Assembly (NCBI GenBank): GCA_045105515.1
Contig: JBGCDR010000178.1
Location: 1 to 64,000, forward strand
DNA: 64,000 nt
Direction: 5' to 3'
From: Oligoflexales bacterium
GTDB lineage: Bacteria > Bdellovibrionota_B > Oligoflexia > Oligoflexales > Bog-1112
Shown here: piece by piece, positions 46,862 to 57,446 of the stretch
How positions within the stretch are numbered: position 1 is the first letter of the stretch
Layout: every line of letters starts with the position of its first letter
Translations under genes and position numbers: made by a program
The notes under the pieces: model-generated
The model's database searches: none
What the model saw: only the letters and a program-made list of their open reading frames with translations
What the model was told of the DNA's origin: nothing

Positions 46862-48070
46862 TTAATCGATTTCTGTACTGGGGGTGTCGACTGCATTGGA
46901 AAGGAGATAGTTAATTGTTATCGCTCCTGTGTCATGATCAATGCTAGCAATATGAACAAAATCGTAAAAGAAGCTTGTAGGTGATGCAGACGAAATATCG
47001 GAGGCTGTAGCTATGGCATAAACATAGCCAGACTGTACTGGCAAAGATTGACCAGGTGCCACATAGCCATTATCCACTTTGGTAGATTTGAATGCAGAGA
47101 TGGCCTTTGTTGTTAAAAGCGTTTTCTCGGCAAAACCCTCAGCAAAACTTCCTATCCGTTTAATTGCAGCACCTTTTCCTGGTGTGAAATAGGTTCTCTT
47201 TGGGTTTGTGCCAAAATTTTCAATGCAAAAAGATGTCTCCGTATCCGTGCCGCATTGAGTGTTGCTGATAAGATCAGTTGTTGTCACATCAGAACTGCAA
47301 TCATCCTTACCGGAGCAGGTGCTTCGCCAGTCTGAAAAATTTATTTTGTAAGACTTACTGCTACCGACATCACTTAGCTCTAGCCCTCCCTTATGTTTAG
47401 GGATCACACACTTTAGCTCAGTTGAAATAGCCGACACGTTGGTTCCAGCGTCCATTGATGATAGCACTAAAAAGCAGTATTCTGTTCCTACTGACAACCC
47501 AGTGATCCCATAATGAGTCATACCACCAAAACCTCTTTCAACATGGGTTTCCTCGGTTGCGGCAAGGGCTATACAATTGCTATCACCCTCTTTTTCTGGT
47601 CTGCAGCTAGGAAATGCTTCAGCAGTAGTTTGAATCGGAAGCGCGCTGAATTCTTTTTCCTCATCCGTGGAGGCAGTGCCCTCGGCTTCGAATGGAGTAT
47701 CTATGCTATATGACATTGCGCCAAGCAGGTCCTTTGATGCAGTTACGACTTCTCCGTCTGAGTCCAGCAGCTGTAGTGCAGATGACTTGGCAATAGCTCC
47801 AGTAATGTGGTCTTTAATAGTTTCGTGTTTTGCTCCGTAGATATTGTAGCCGTCGAAATTTTTCTCGTAGTTGTTGCCCTTCCAGTATAAAGTAATGCTT
47901 CCGGCCCCATGGTCGACGATGAACAGACCAGAAGGGGATTTTAACTCGTCTTCGGTTACCACAGCAGGATCGGAGCCTGAATCACTACAAGCCGCTATAG
48001 CAGCTACTAAACATGCTCCTAAAAGAATGCGAGTCATGCAAGCGTGCCCAAGGAGAAGAATTCGTTTCAT
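46862..48070 (-). CDS. Lipoprotein with N-terminal FN3-like segment
   Basis: Lipobox IAAC; LKSPSGL...ITLYWKGNNYEKNFDGYNIYG; GLSVGTEYCF. Confidence 0.7.
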   Translation of the reverse strand: MKRILLLGHACMTRILLGACLVAAIAACSDSGSDPAVVTEDELKSPSGLFIVDHGAGSITLYWKGNNYEKNFDGYNIYGAKHETIKDHITGAIAKSSALQLLDSDGEVVTASKDLLGAMSYSIDTPFEAEGTASTDEEKEFSALPIQTTAEAFPSCRPEKEGDSNCIALAATEETHVERGFGGMTHYGITGLSVGTEYCFLVLSSMDAGTNVSAISTELKCVIPKHKGGLELSDVGSSKSYKINFSDWRSTCSGKDDCSSDVTTTDLISNTQCGTDTETSFCIENFGTNPKRTYFTPGKGAAIKRIGSFAEGFAEKTLLTTKAISAFKSTKVDNGYVAPGQSLPVQSGYVYAIATASDISSASPTSFFYDFVHIASIDHDTGAITINYLLSNAVDTPSTEID

Positions 48071-48188
48071 AAAGCTGCCTCTTTATATTGAATGAATGGG
48101 GTAAAATTGCTCTACAATACTAACATCAATTATTTAATTCACTTAGGTTGAAAAAGCCATAAAAACGATTTTCGGTAGGGAGCGGCGC

Positions 48189-49472
48189 ATGCTAAATCAA
48201 CAGTCCAAGGCGTATCTGATATGGATGGCTTGGCGTCATATTGTTTCGAGGAAAGGTAAAAGCCTTTCTTTCATGACGGTGGTTTCTATTCTTGGCGTCA
48301 CGATCGGAGTCGCTGCCTTAGTAATCGTTTTGTCAGTAATGGGTGGATTTGAACAAGACTTGAAACTTAAAATGTTTCGAGGTCTTCCTCATATGGAGAT
48401 CATGCATGAGAATGCGATTGCAGGATTTAGCCTAAAAGAAGTAACACTGGCCAAATTAGCTAAAATTTTTCCAGATGCTGTTGGTCTTGAGGCCTTCACC
48501 AAAGCTGACGTGGTTCTTAAAAGGCGCAAGCATCTGGCCTCAGTTTCTCTGTTTGGGATTGACCCTAAAAAAGGTGGTCGCTTATGGGGATTTTCTGATG
48601 GGATGATTCAAGGAGAAATAGACCAGCTTGCCAAGTCAGAAAAAGAGGAGCAGGTTGATCCCATGCCTAGAACTGTTTTGGGAGAAACCCTTGCAATTCA
48701 GTTGGGAGCTGATGTGGGAGATGAAGTAGATATATTGAATCCTCAATCAAACATTTCTGATACTCTTGGCGGTCGTAAACTGTCTGCGCGTTTTAAGGTA
48801 ATTGGCATATTTATGACAGACTTGCCTCATTACGATTCACGGTATGCTGTGGTCTCTTTAGAATCTGGGAGAAAATTCATGCCAGATTATGACCCTTCTC
48901 TTGATACCGAGGAATATGTGACAGGAGTTGCTATCAACATGAAGCGCCCTGAGCAAGTTGATATATTTGTTGATCGTATTGGAAATTTTAAGAATTTAAA
49001 GTCGGTCACTTGGAAAAATGTCAATAAATCCCTCTTAGTTGCTCTTAAACTTGAAAAGTTTACTATGGGAGCCATATTGTTGCTTATTGTTTTAGTTGCG
49101 GCGTTTTCTATAAGTGGGACTATGATGATCACGGTTTATCACAAACGTAGCCAAGTAGCTTTGATGCGCTCTCTTGGTATGGAGCAGAAAGACATCGCTA
49201 AGCTTTTTATAAATCAGGGTTGTGCCATTGGAACTATAGGAGTTTTTCTTGGGCTGTGCATCGGGGTAGGGGCTTGTCTGCTAATTTATTACTTTCAATT
49301 CATAGAGTTACCGAACGGAGTCTATTATCAAAAAAAATTACCGGTAAGGTTTTTACCTTTCGAATATATTATCATTAGCATTTGTGCTTGGGTATTAAGC
49401 TTGTTAGCTGCAGTTTATCCTGCTGCTGTAGCGGCAAAACAGGACCCTGGAGCAGGTTTGAGGTGTCTGTGA
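48189..49472 (+). CDS. lolE: Lipoprotein-releasing ABC permease (LolC/E type)
   Basis: GVAALVIVLSVMGGF, LIVLVAAFSI, MRSLG, AVYPAAVAAKQDP. Confidence 0.9.
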   Translation: MLNQQSKAYLIWMAWRHIVSRKGKSLSFMTVVSILGVTIGVAALVIVLSVMGGFEQDLKLKMFRGLPHMEIMHENAIAGFSLKEVTLAKLAKIFPDAVGLEAFTKADVVLKRRKHLASVSLFGIDPKKGGRLWGFSDGMIQGEIDQLAKSEKEEQVDPMPRTVLGETLAIQLGADVGDEVDILNPQSNISDTLGGRKLSARFKVIGIFMTDLPHYDSRYAVVSLESGRKFMPDYDPSLDTEEYVTGVAINMKRPEQVDIFVDRIGNFKNLKSVTWKNVNKSLLVALKLEKFTMGAILLLIVLVAAFSISGTMMITVYHKRSQVALMRSLGMEQKDIAKLFINQGCAIGTIGVFLGLCIGVGACLLIYYFQFIELPNGVYYQKKLPVRFLPFEYIIISICAWVLSLLAAVYPAAVAAKQDPGAGLRCL

Positions 49473-50173
49473 GTCAGTTAAAGAACCCTACATTGGGAAT
49501 AGTCCTTCAAAACGTTCATAAGGTTTATCGGATTGCTTCCCATAAAGTTGAAGCTCTCTGTGGAGTGGATTTAACCATTACTCAAGGGTGTGTTGCGGCC
49601 TTGATAGGTAAGTCAGGCGCTGGAAAAAGCACGCTTTTGCATATTGTTGGCACTCTGGACACTCCAAGCCAAGGAAAGGTTCTACTTAATGGTACCGATG
49701 TATCTGCGCTTTCAGACCATGCGGCTTCAGCCTTTCGCAATTGCACCATTGGTTTTGTTTTTCAAATGAATAATCTGTTGCCTGAATTTTCAGCAATAGA
49801 GAATGTGATGCTCCCTGGTTTAATTTCTGGTACCAATAAGGGAGTTGTCAAGGAGCGGGCCGCCGAGGTACTTAAGTCGGTAGGGCTCTCTCACCGTGAA
49901 AGTCACAGACCTGGAGAGCTTTCTGGTGGTGAACAACAGCGCGTAGCAATAGCAAGGGCTTTGCTAATGTCTCCCCCTCTTCTCCTTGCAGACGAGCCTA
50001 CAGGAAACTTGGATCGGAAAACAAGTTTAGCTATTCAAGATTTACTGCTGCAATTATGTCACGACCATAATATGACTATGTTACTAGTGACCCATGACCT
50101 CGAGTTGGCGAAACGGCTGCCTGAGCAAATAGTTATGGAAGATGGACGTATTGTAAGTAGGGGAAGTCTTTGA
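49469..50173 (+). CDS. lolD: Lipoprotein-releasing ABC ATPase
   Basis: [38 protein letters not shown] overlap start at 49469. Confidence 0.9.
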   Translation: MSQLKNPTLGIVLQNVHKVYRIASHKVEALCGVDLTITQGCVAALIGKSGAGKSTLLHIVGTLDTPSQGKVLLNGTDVSALSDHAASAFRNCTIGFVFQMNNLLPEFSAIENVMLPGLISGTNKGVVKERAAEVLKSVGLSHRESHRPGELSGGEQQRVAIARALLMSPPLLLADEPTGNLDRKTSLAIQDLLLQLCHDHNMTMLLVTHDLELAKRLPEQIVMEDGRIVSRGSL

Positions 50174-52515
50174 AATCGTTAGTTTTTCTTGTTTTTATAG
50201 GTGTTTTGTGGGCCGTTCAGTCGGGTTTTGCGCAATCGGCTCCTCCTTCCAGCGTTGTCAAAAAGATTGAAATCGAGGGCAATGCAAAGGTTGAATCGGA
50301 TGCCGTTTTGAACCTATTGCAGACGAAGGAGGGAGAGCCCCTGTCTCAAGGAAAGGTTCGAGAAGATATCCGCGCACTCTATGATTTAGGGTTTTTTTCA
50401 GATATTCGGGTGTTTAAAGAGCCATTTGCAGCTGGTTTAAAACTTGTCATTGCTGTGAAAGAGAAGCCTGCGGTGACCACAATAGACTTCAAAGGCCTTG
50501 AGGAAGTCAAGGAAGATGATATTCGCAAAGCAATGGAAACCACCCTTTACACCATTGTGGATGAAGGGACGATTCATGCAGATATGCGTTTAATTGAGAA
50601 AAAATATGCTGAAAAAGGCTTTTACCTGGCCAAGGTCAGCTATACATTGGAGCCAAAAGGTAAGAATGAAGTTGGTTTGACCTTTCATGTGGATGAGAGA
50701 GGCAAAGTTTTAGTTGGAGAAGTAAATATACTTGGCAATGAATATTTTAGTGATGGTGAGTTAATTGAAAAAATGCTCTCGCGCCCTTACACGCGCTGGA
50801 GTGCAACATTAGGTGCTCCCTCTATGTTTCAAGATGAATTTCTCAAGCGAGACTTGGAGTTCCTCTCATTTTTCTATAAAGACTATGGTTTTGCAGAAGT
50901 GAAAGTTGGAAACCCGGTCACGATCTTAGATGCAGATAAGCAGTTTGTAAGGATTACGATCGAATTGGAGGAAGGCCTGCAATTTAATTTGGGATCGGTG
51001 AACGTTTCAGGTGACGTTGGTACTGAAGAATTGTACTCGAAAGATGAACTCATCGAGCTTATGCAGCTTAAGAAAGGTGATTTATTTCGATATTCTAGAT
51101 TTTCTAAAGATATAGAGATGTTAGTTGATAAATATGGTGACCTTGGTTATGCCTACGTCGATGTAAATCCTAAGACTAAATTTAATCGCGAACAAAGAAA
51201 CGTAGATGTAGACTACGAGATTACTAAAGGTCAAAAAGTCTATTTTGGTGAGATCAATATCATTGGAAATACCAAAACTCGTGACAATGTAGTTAGGCGT
51301 GAATTAGATGTTCATGATAGTGAGTTATACAGTGGTACCCGGCTAAGTAAATCTAAAAAGAACATAAATCGATTAGGCTTTTTTGAAGAAGTTCAAGTTC
51401 TGAAACAACGCGATGAACAAGTTGATAATCTCTTAAATCTTAAGTTTAAGGTGAAAGAAAAGCCAACAGGCCAGCTGCAGGCTGCCTTGGGTTTTTCACC
51501 AGGAGTAACTACGAATGCCCGCTGGTTTGGCCAGGGGCGATATGATGAAAAAAACCAGTCTGGAAAAGGTTGGAATACAAATCTCACTGGAAAATATGGC
51601 GGTAAAAAGAACTGGGAACTCGATTTGGGTTTTTACGATCCACGCATCAACGATAGCAAGTGGTCTCTTGGCTTTAATATTGGATATAAATGGCAAGAGG
51701 TAAAGTATGCAACAGGTGTTGATGCTCTTGAAAACCATCAAAGTATCAGTGCAAAAGTAGGAAGGGATCTGTTTGAACTGGTGCGGGGCCTCATTACGGT
51801 AAAACATACTGAAATTTATCAAGATGGAGAGCGTTCAGACTCTTACCTTTTAGATGGGGCTAGAGCAGTAGGAGTTAAAAATAGCATAGATTTTGGCCTT
51901 TCAAGGAGAGACCTCAACAACTACCTTGATCCTAGTGAAGGGCTCGATTTAGGGCTTAACCATCGATTTATCGGAGGCTTGCTTGGCGGGCACTATGAAT
52001 ATTGGGAATCTACTGCTGATGCAGAATGGTATATACCCCTTAAGTTTACTGATACCTATGGGACCTATTTCAAACTCCATGGTCATATTGGTAAGCTTTG
52101 GACAGTAAATGATAAGAGTCTGCCTGCCTCTGAGCGATATCGTCTGGGATATTATGACCTTAGAGGTTTCTCCTATGGCTCAATCGGTCCGAAAGACCGC
52201 CGTACTTTGGGGCCCCAAGGCTCTGCTTTTGATTACAATGTTGGGGGCGAGCGTAAGCTTTATTTTCAATTTGAGTATTTTATACCCCTGATACCCCAGG
52301 CAGGTATAAAAGCTTTAGTCTTTTCAGATGTGGGACAGGTTTATAGAGAAGGTGAAGATTTCAGTTTCGATATTAAGTCTTACCATAAAGATGTAGGTTT
52401 TGGCTTTAGATGGTTGACTCCAATTGCTCCTTTCAGGTTCGAATGGGCCTACCCTTATGATGAAGAAACAAAATCATTTGGAGATATGAATTTCATATTT
52501 AATATCGGGTTTTAA
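50170..52515 (+). CDS. bamA: Outer membrane protein assembly factor BamA
   Basis: POTRA repeats (GNTKTRDNVVRRE), LRGF loop motif, C-terminal FNIGF. Confidence 0.95.
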   Translation: MKSLVFLVFIGVLWAVQSGFAQSAPPSSVVKKIEIEGNAKVESDAVLNLLQTKEGEPLSQGKVREDIRALYDLGFFSDIRVFKEPFAAGLKLVIAVKEKPAVTTIDFKGLEEVKEDDIRKAMETTLYTIVDEGTIHADMRLIEKKYAEKGFYLAKVSYTLEPKGKNEVGLTFHVDERGKVLVGEVNILGNEYFSDGELIEKMLSRPYTRWSATLGAPSMFQDEFLKRDLEFLSFFYKDYGFAEVKVGNPVTILDADKQFVRITIELEEGLQFNLGSVNVSGDVGTEELYSKDELIELMQLKKGDLFRYSRFSKDIEMLVDKYGDLGYAYVDVNPKTKFNREQRNVDVDYEITKGQKVYFGEINIIGNTKTRDNVVRRELDVHDSELYSGTRLSKSKKNINRLGFFEEVQVLKQRDEQVDNLLNLKFKVKEKPTGQLQAALGFSPGVTTNARWFGQGRYDEKNQSGKGWNTNLTGKYGGKKNWELDLGFYDPRINDSKWSLGFNIGYKWQEVKYATGVDALENHQSISAKVGRDLFELVRGLITVKHTEIYQDGERSDSYLLDGARAVGVKNSIDFGLSRRDLNNYLDPSEGLDLGLNHRFIGGLLGGHYEYWESTADAEWYIPLKFTDTYGTYFKLHGHIGKLWTVNDKSLPASERYRLGYYDLRGFSYGSIGPKDRRTLGPQGSAFDYNVGGERKLYFQFEYFIPLIPQAGIKALVFSDVGQVYREGEDFSFDIKSYHKDVGFGFRWLTPIAPFRFEWAYPYDEETKSFGDMNFIFNIGF

Positions 52516-52637
52516 TGCGGTGGGTTGACACTTTAATTGGCAGCTTTACTTGTTAAAATTTTTTCGATGGCTTTCTGCGGCATTTTGCTCGGAGGGTCAT
52601 TTTAAGTTCAAATTAATTTGATAAAGGATCTAAAGCA

Positions 52638-53174
52638 ATGGCAAGACATTTGATATTTTTTGTATTTTCCGGAATGCTTACCCTAGCAACTCGCGGTGAA
52701 GCTATCGCCTCTAGCGGGGTTGGGGTCATTGATATGCAACAAGTCATCCTCAATGTGGAAGAAGGCAAGCAGGCCCGTTCTGAGCTTGAAAAAGTTATCA
52801 AATCTAAGGAAGCAGAATTTTTGAAACAGAAGCAAGAGCTTGATCGGATGAACAAAGAGTGGCAGGATCAGTCAGCTTTACTCAGCGAGGAAGCTAGAAT
52901 GAGCAAGCAGCGTGAGTTTCAAGAAAAATTTATGCAAATGAGAAATGCAGAGATGGCATTTCAAAATCAAATCAAGCAAAAAGAACAGAAAGCAACTCAA
53001 GAAATCGCTGTGAAAGCTTCTAAAATTGTCCAAGGGATTGCTGAAAAGAAAAAGCTTCAGATGGTGTTTGAAACTCATTCAGCTGGTCTGGTTTATGTAT
53101 CAAAGCCCGTGGACTTGACTACAGAGGTGATTGCTGTTTACGGCAAGCAAGGGAAGACAATATCTAAAAAATAG
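52638..53174 (+). CDS. skp: Skp/OmpH periplasmic chaperone
   Basis: VGVIDMQQV, coiled coil, DLTTEVI; follows bamA. Confidence 0.9.
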   Translation: MARHLIFFVFSGMLTLATRGEAIASSGVGVIDMQQVILNVEEGKQARSELEKVIKSKEAEFLKQKQELDRMNKEWQDQSALLSEEARMSKQREFQEKFMQMRNAEMAFQNQIKQKEQKATQEIAVKASKIVQGIAEKKKLQMVFETHSAGLVYVSKPVDLTTEVIAVYGKQGKTISKK

Positions 53175-53187
53175 AGGGATGTGCGCT

Positions 53188-53634
53188 ATGGATGGCCTGG
53201 AAATTACATTACCCATTGAGATCAATGACATTAAGAAATGTCTTCCTCACCGTCACCCTTTTCTACTTATCGATCGAGTGTTAGAGTTGGTGCCTTCTGA
53301 AATGGTCGTGGCTACTAAAAATATATCAATTTCCGACCCCATTTTGCAGGGGCACTTTCCTGACAATCCGGTTTACCCCGGTGTTTTAATAGTAGAATCG
53401 ATGGCGCAAGCTTCTGCTGTTTTAGGACATTTTAGCCTAAAGAAAGGCTACAATTCGGTCCTGTTAACTGAGATAGCTCAGGCTCGATTTAGGAAGCAGG
53501 TCATCCCCGGTGATATTCTGACCCTAAAAATTACAGTTGAGCGTACGAGGGTTCCATTTTTTTGGTTTAAGAGCGAAGCGTTTGTTGAAGGCAATTTGGT
53601 TGCGAAAGCACAGATTTCTGCTGCTATGAAATAG
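53188..53634 (+). CDS. fabZ: 3-hydroxyacyl-ACP dehydratase
   Basis: LPHRHPFLLIDRV, GHFPDNPVYPGVLIVESMAQ. Confidence 0.95.
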   Translation: MDGLEITLPIEINDIKKCLPHRHPFLLIDRVLELVPSEMVVATKNISISDPILQGHFPDNPVYPGVLIVESMAQASAVLGHFSLKKGYNSVLLTEIAQARFRKQVIPGDILTLKITVERTRVPFFWFKSEAFVEGNLVAKAQISAAMK

Positions 53635-53665
53635 TGTAAGACAAGAGTGAAAGAAAGGGTCAGAA

Positions 53666-54451
53666 TTGACTGAAGGCACGAATATTCACCCCACTGCAAT
53701 TGTTGATAAAGCTGCTGAGTTAGGGCTTGGTGTCAAAGTAGGCCCCTACTCGATAATTGGTCCAAAGGTGGTGCTGGGGGATGAGGTCCAGATCGATTCC
53801 CACGTAGTGGTTGATGGGCGCACCTGGATTGGAGCGCGTACTCATATTTTTCCCTTTGCTTCAGTAGGTACCGAGCCTCAGGATTTGAAGTATGAGGGAG
53901 AAGATAGCGAGCTAATCTGTGGAGAAAATAATGTCATAAGAGAGTATTCAAATCTTTCTATTGGAACTGTAGGTGGTGGTGGCAAAACGGTCGTAGGTTC
54001 AGGCAATCTTTTTATGGTTAATACTCATGTTGCCCATGATTGCATTGTTGGAGATCATTGTATTTTCGCAAACGGTGTCTCTTTGGGAGGGCATATTGAA
54101 GTAGGTGACCGTGCTGTGATCGGTGGTCATTCTGCTCTGCATCAGTTTGTCAAAATTGGCCACTTGGCAATGTTGGCAGGAGGTTCTATTGTAGTTCAAG
54201 ATGTTCCTCCTTTTTGCACTGTGGCAGGTAACCATGCCTCTCCCTCTGGCTTAAATTCAATAGGTTTAAGAAGAGCCGGTTTGGAAAGGGAGCACGTAAA
54301 AGCAATCAAATCGATGTATAAAATTCTTTTTCAGATGAGCCTTTCTTTGGAAGATGCAATCGCTATGATGGATGCAGAGATTCCTACTTCAGACCATAAA
54401 AATATTTTCCTAAATTTTTTAAGGGCCAGCAAAAGAGGCATCTGTAGATGA
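53666..54451 (+). CDS. lpxA: UDP-GlcNAc O-acyltransferase
   Basis: IHPTAIV, hexapeptide repeats, PQDLKY, HVAHDC, HQF, GLNSIGLRR. Confidence 0.96.
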   Translation: MTEGTNIHPTAIVDKAAELGLGVKVGPYSIIGPKVVLGDEVQIDSHVVVDGRTWIGARTHIFPFASVGTEPQDLKYEGEDSELICGENNVIREYSNLSIGTVGGGGKTVVGSGNLFMVNTHVAHDCIVGDHCIFANGVSLGGHIEVGDRAVIGGHSALHQFVKIGHLAMLAGGSIVVQDVPPFCTVAGNHASPSGLNSIGLRRAGLEREHVKAIKSMYKILFQMSLSLEDAIAMMDAEIPTSDHKNIFLNFLRASKRGICR

Positions 54452-55584
54452 GCAATAAGGCACAGATTGAGTGCTTTATCAGTGTTGGCGAATTTTCAGG
54501 CGATCTTCTTGCAGCTCAGTTAGTAAATGAGCTGCAATCACAAATTCCAAATATTCACTTTTCAGGTATCGTTGGTAAGGAGCTGCTCAAGGTTGGTGTA
54601 AGCCAGTGGATAAACATGGATGTACTAAACGTGATGGGCCTTTTCGATGTTCTGAAGAAGGCTGCAGAAATAAAAATGATTGAAAAGCGGGTCTTAGCTC
54701 ACATAGACCGTCTAGAACCTAAGCTAGCTATTTTGGTGGACTATCCAGGCTTTCATTTTCGCCTTGCCGAACAACTTAGGATGCGAGGTATCAAGGTAGT
54801 GCAATATATTGCACCTAAGTTATGGGCTTGGGGAGCTTCGCGAGTTTTTCGGCTAAGAAGAGATTTCGATTTAATTATGGGAATATTTCCCTTTGAAGCG
54901 GAATTTTTTCGTAGCCGAGGCGTATCTTTTGAATTTGTAGGCTGCCCCCATTTGCAGCGTCTGGCAAAAGTTAAGTGCATTCCTGAAGAATTGGGTTTTA
55001 CAGGTACTCATCCAATAGTAGCCATGCTTCCTGGAAGTCGAGAATCTGAGGTAAGACGCATACTTCCTATCATGATGATAATTAAGCAAAATTTAGCTGA
55101 AACCAATCCAAATATTCAGTTTTGTGTACCAGTTGCTGCTAATTTAAACTATGACAATATTCTTAGTGCAATCCCTAAGGAGCAAAGGGAAGGAGTCGTT
55201 TTTGTAAGGGAGCGCAGCTTAGAAATAATGAAGGCTTCACACCTTGCTATAGTTGCTTCAGGCACTGCTACCTTGGAATGCGCTCTGCTTGAAACTCCAA
55301 TGGTAGTTTTATACAAGCTGGATTCAATAAGTTACTTTCTTGCGAAGCGCAAAGTAAAAATCAAGTGGGTGAGCCTCGTCAATATCATTATGAATCGTGA
55401 AGTGGTACCCGAGTATTTGCAAAACATTGATATAGATAATGTCGTCAGAGTTCTAGAGGAGCTTCTGGATAAGAATAGTGAGCGTCATTTGCTAATGAAA
55501 AAAAATTTTAAGCTCCTCAAAGACGAGCTGTCTGATCCTAACAAAATGACAACCGCCAGTGCCTGCATTAAAAGCATATTATAA
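54448..55584 (+). CDS. lpxB: Lipid A disaccharide synthase
   Basis: GEFSGD, VDYPGF, PKLWAW, LPGSRESE, ASGTATLE. Confidence 0.95.
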   Translation: MSNKAQIECFISVGEFSGDLLAAQLVNELQSQIPNIHFSGIVGKELLKVGVSQWINMDVLNVMGLFDVLKKAAEIKMIEKRVLAHIDRLEPKLAILVDYPGFHFRLAEQLRMRGIKVVQYIAPKLWAWGASRVFRLRRDFDLIMGIFPFEAEFFRSRGVSFEFVGCPHLQRLAKVKCIPEELGFTGTHPIVAMLPGSRESEVRRILPIMMIIKQNLAETNPNIQFCVPVAANLNYDNILSAIPKEQREGVVFVRERSLEIMKASHLAIVASGTATLECALLETPMVVLYKLDSISYFLAKRKVKIKWVSLVNIIMNREVVPEYLQNIDIDNVVRVLEELLDKNSERHLLMKKNFKLLKDELSDPNKMTTASACIKSIL

Positions 55585-55613
55585 TTTTTCAATTAAATCG
55601 GAAAGAACTTCTC

Positions 55614-57446
55614 GTGCAAAATAGCCATTCAATTTCACTAACAATGCTTAATAAGTTTTTTATTAAACCTCTTGTGGCTCAAAAATTTCGGATTGTAATG
55701 GTCATCATTTCCTTAAGCTTACTATCTCTATCTCAGAGTGTGTTATTGCTATTGCTTGGCCCATTTATGAAAACTATGCTTGGGCTTACTCCTGGGCAAA
55801 TGCTAATTAGCATGGAGCAATTGCTACCAGCTCGTACTTTTAACTTTTTGCCCCACCTTAAAACCATGAGCTTGAGCAAAGATTCTTTAGTATTAGGAGT
55901 TCCTTGTTTCTTGCTAGCTGCTGCTTGGCTTAGAAATATTGCGATGTTTTTTTATCAGCTGAACACGGCAGCAATCGCTCTTTTTGTTGCTAAAGACTAT
56001 CGTGATCGATTGTTTGTATCTTTAATGCGTAAGCCATTTTTATATATATCTAAGAAATCTCCTGCTCAATGGATGTCATATCTTATGAATGATGTTCTAT
56101 ACTTGCAAACTCGATTTTCAGATATTTTGAATAGTTTCTTGCGAGATGGGTGTGTGATCTTAGCTGCATATACTGTCTTGCTGTTTATTCACTTACCTAC
56201 TGGAGTTTTCTTACTTTTGATCAGCCCTATTATCGCTATTGGCATGGGTAAAACTGGGAAAAAAATAGCTTATTTTGCTGAGGTCTTTCAAAAAGAACTA
56301 GCAAATATGGCTGATCTGATTTTGGAAATTCGCAGGAGGTTTGAATTTATTAGAGCACAAGGTGGAGAGGAAAGAGATTTTAGCCGATTTTCGCTGGCTA
56401 ATGAAAACTACTTTAAGTTTATTAAGAAATCGTTATTTGTACGCGCAATTTTTGCTCCGATTATGGAATTTATTGGGTTCTTTTTGTTCTCATTGATATT
56501 GTATGGCTATGGGAGAGGCGTTATAGCAAAGGAATTTTCTGCTGAGAATTTGCTGGTTTTTTTTGGGGCTTTGGGTCTGGTTTTTAAGCCACTGCGCAAC
56601 CTTGGTGAGCAAATAGCGAAATTCCAGGAAACAAAAGGCTCCCTAACTCGAAGCTTTGAGGTCTTCCTGGATGAAAAAAATGAGCAACAACTTTCTTTAC
56701 CATCAGTAGATACTCTTACTAAGATGCCAGAAAAAATATCTATCAAATCAATCAAAGTTGCTTATGATGACTCTGACGGTGGATTTTTTGCAGATAACTT
56801 AAGTTTGGAGAGAGCAAAGACTGTAGCTATAGTTGGTCCAAGTGGAAGTGGGAAATCAACTTTGATAAAAGCTTTTGCTGGATTGTTGTTACCAGAAAGA
56901 TGGGAAGCTAATATTAGTTGGAATAGCTTTCGAAAAAATGTAAGCATGGTCTCGCAAGCACCATTTCTCTTTCAAGAGACTCTCAAGGCAAATCTGTTAT
57001 ATGGGAATACTTGCAATGAAAATATAAGTGATCAGGATATATGGCATGCACTTGATGTGGTTTGTGCAAAAGGAGAAGTGCAAAAGCTAGCTGGGGAGCT
57101 TTCATACCAAGTAAGTGCAGTTACCAAAAATCTCTCGGGGGGTCAGCTGCAGCGACTCGTAATTGCTAGGGCACTTCTTCGTAATCAAGAAATCTGGGTA
57201 TTTGATGAAGCCACTTCTGCCTTAGATAGCCAAATGGAACAAAAGCTGCTGACTCAGCTAATTGAGCAAAGTCAGCTTAGTAACAAATTCTTTATTGCAG
57301 TTACTCATCGCTTACAATTTATTCATCTTTTTAATGAGGTTTGGTTTGTTGAAAAAGGTAGGTTGATTGCAAGGGGGCAGCATAAAAATTTAATGGAAAA
57401 TTCAAGATATAGGTTGTTTTATGGAGCTGCAAAAACAGATTTATAA
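55614..57446 (+). CDS. msbA: MsbA-like ABC exporter (lipid A flippase)
   Basis: TMD + NBD (GPSGSGKST, LSGGQLQR, DEATSALD); between lpxB and lpxK. Confidence 0.75.
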   Translation: MQNSHSISLTMLNKFFIKPLVAQKFRIVMVIISLSLLSLSQSVLLLLLGPFMKTMLGLTPGQMLISMEQLLPARTFNFLPHLKTMSLSKDSLVLGVPCFLLAAAWLRNIAMFFYQLNTAAIALFVAKDYRDRLFVSLMRKPFLYISKKSPAQWMSYLMNDVLYLQTRFSDILNSFLRDGCVILAAYTVLLFIHLPTGVFLLLISPIIAIGMGKTGKKIAYFAEVFQKELANMADLILEIRRRFEFIRAQGGEERDFSRFSLANENYFKFIKKSLFVRAIFAPIMEFIGFFLFSLILYGYGRGVIAKEFSAENLLVFFGALGLVFKPLRNLGEQIAKFQETKGSLTRSFEVFLDEKNEQQLSLPSVDTLTKMPEKISIKSIKVAYDDSDGGFFADNLSLERAKTVAIVGPSGSGKSTLIKAFAGLLLPERWEANISWNSFRKNVSMVSQAPFLFQETLKANLLYGNTCNENISDQDIWHALDVVCAKGEVQKLAGELSYQVSAVTKNLSGGQLQRLVIARALLRNQEIWVFDEATSALDSQMEQKLLTQLIEQSQLSNKFFIAVTHRLQFIHLFNEVWFVEKGRLIARGQHKNLMENSRYRLFYGAAKTDL

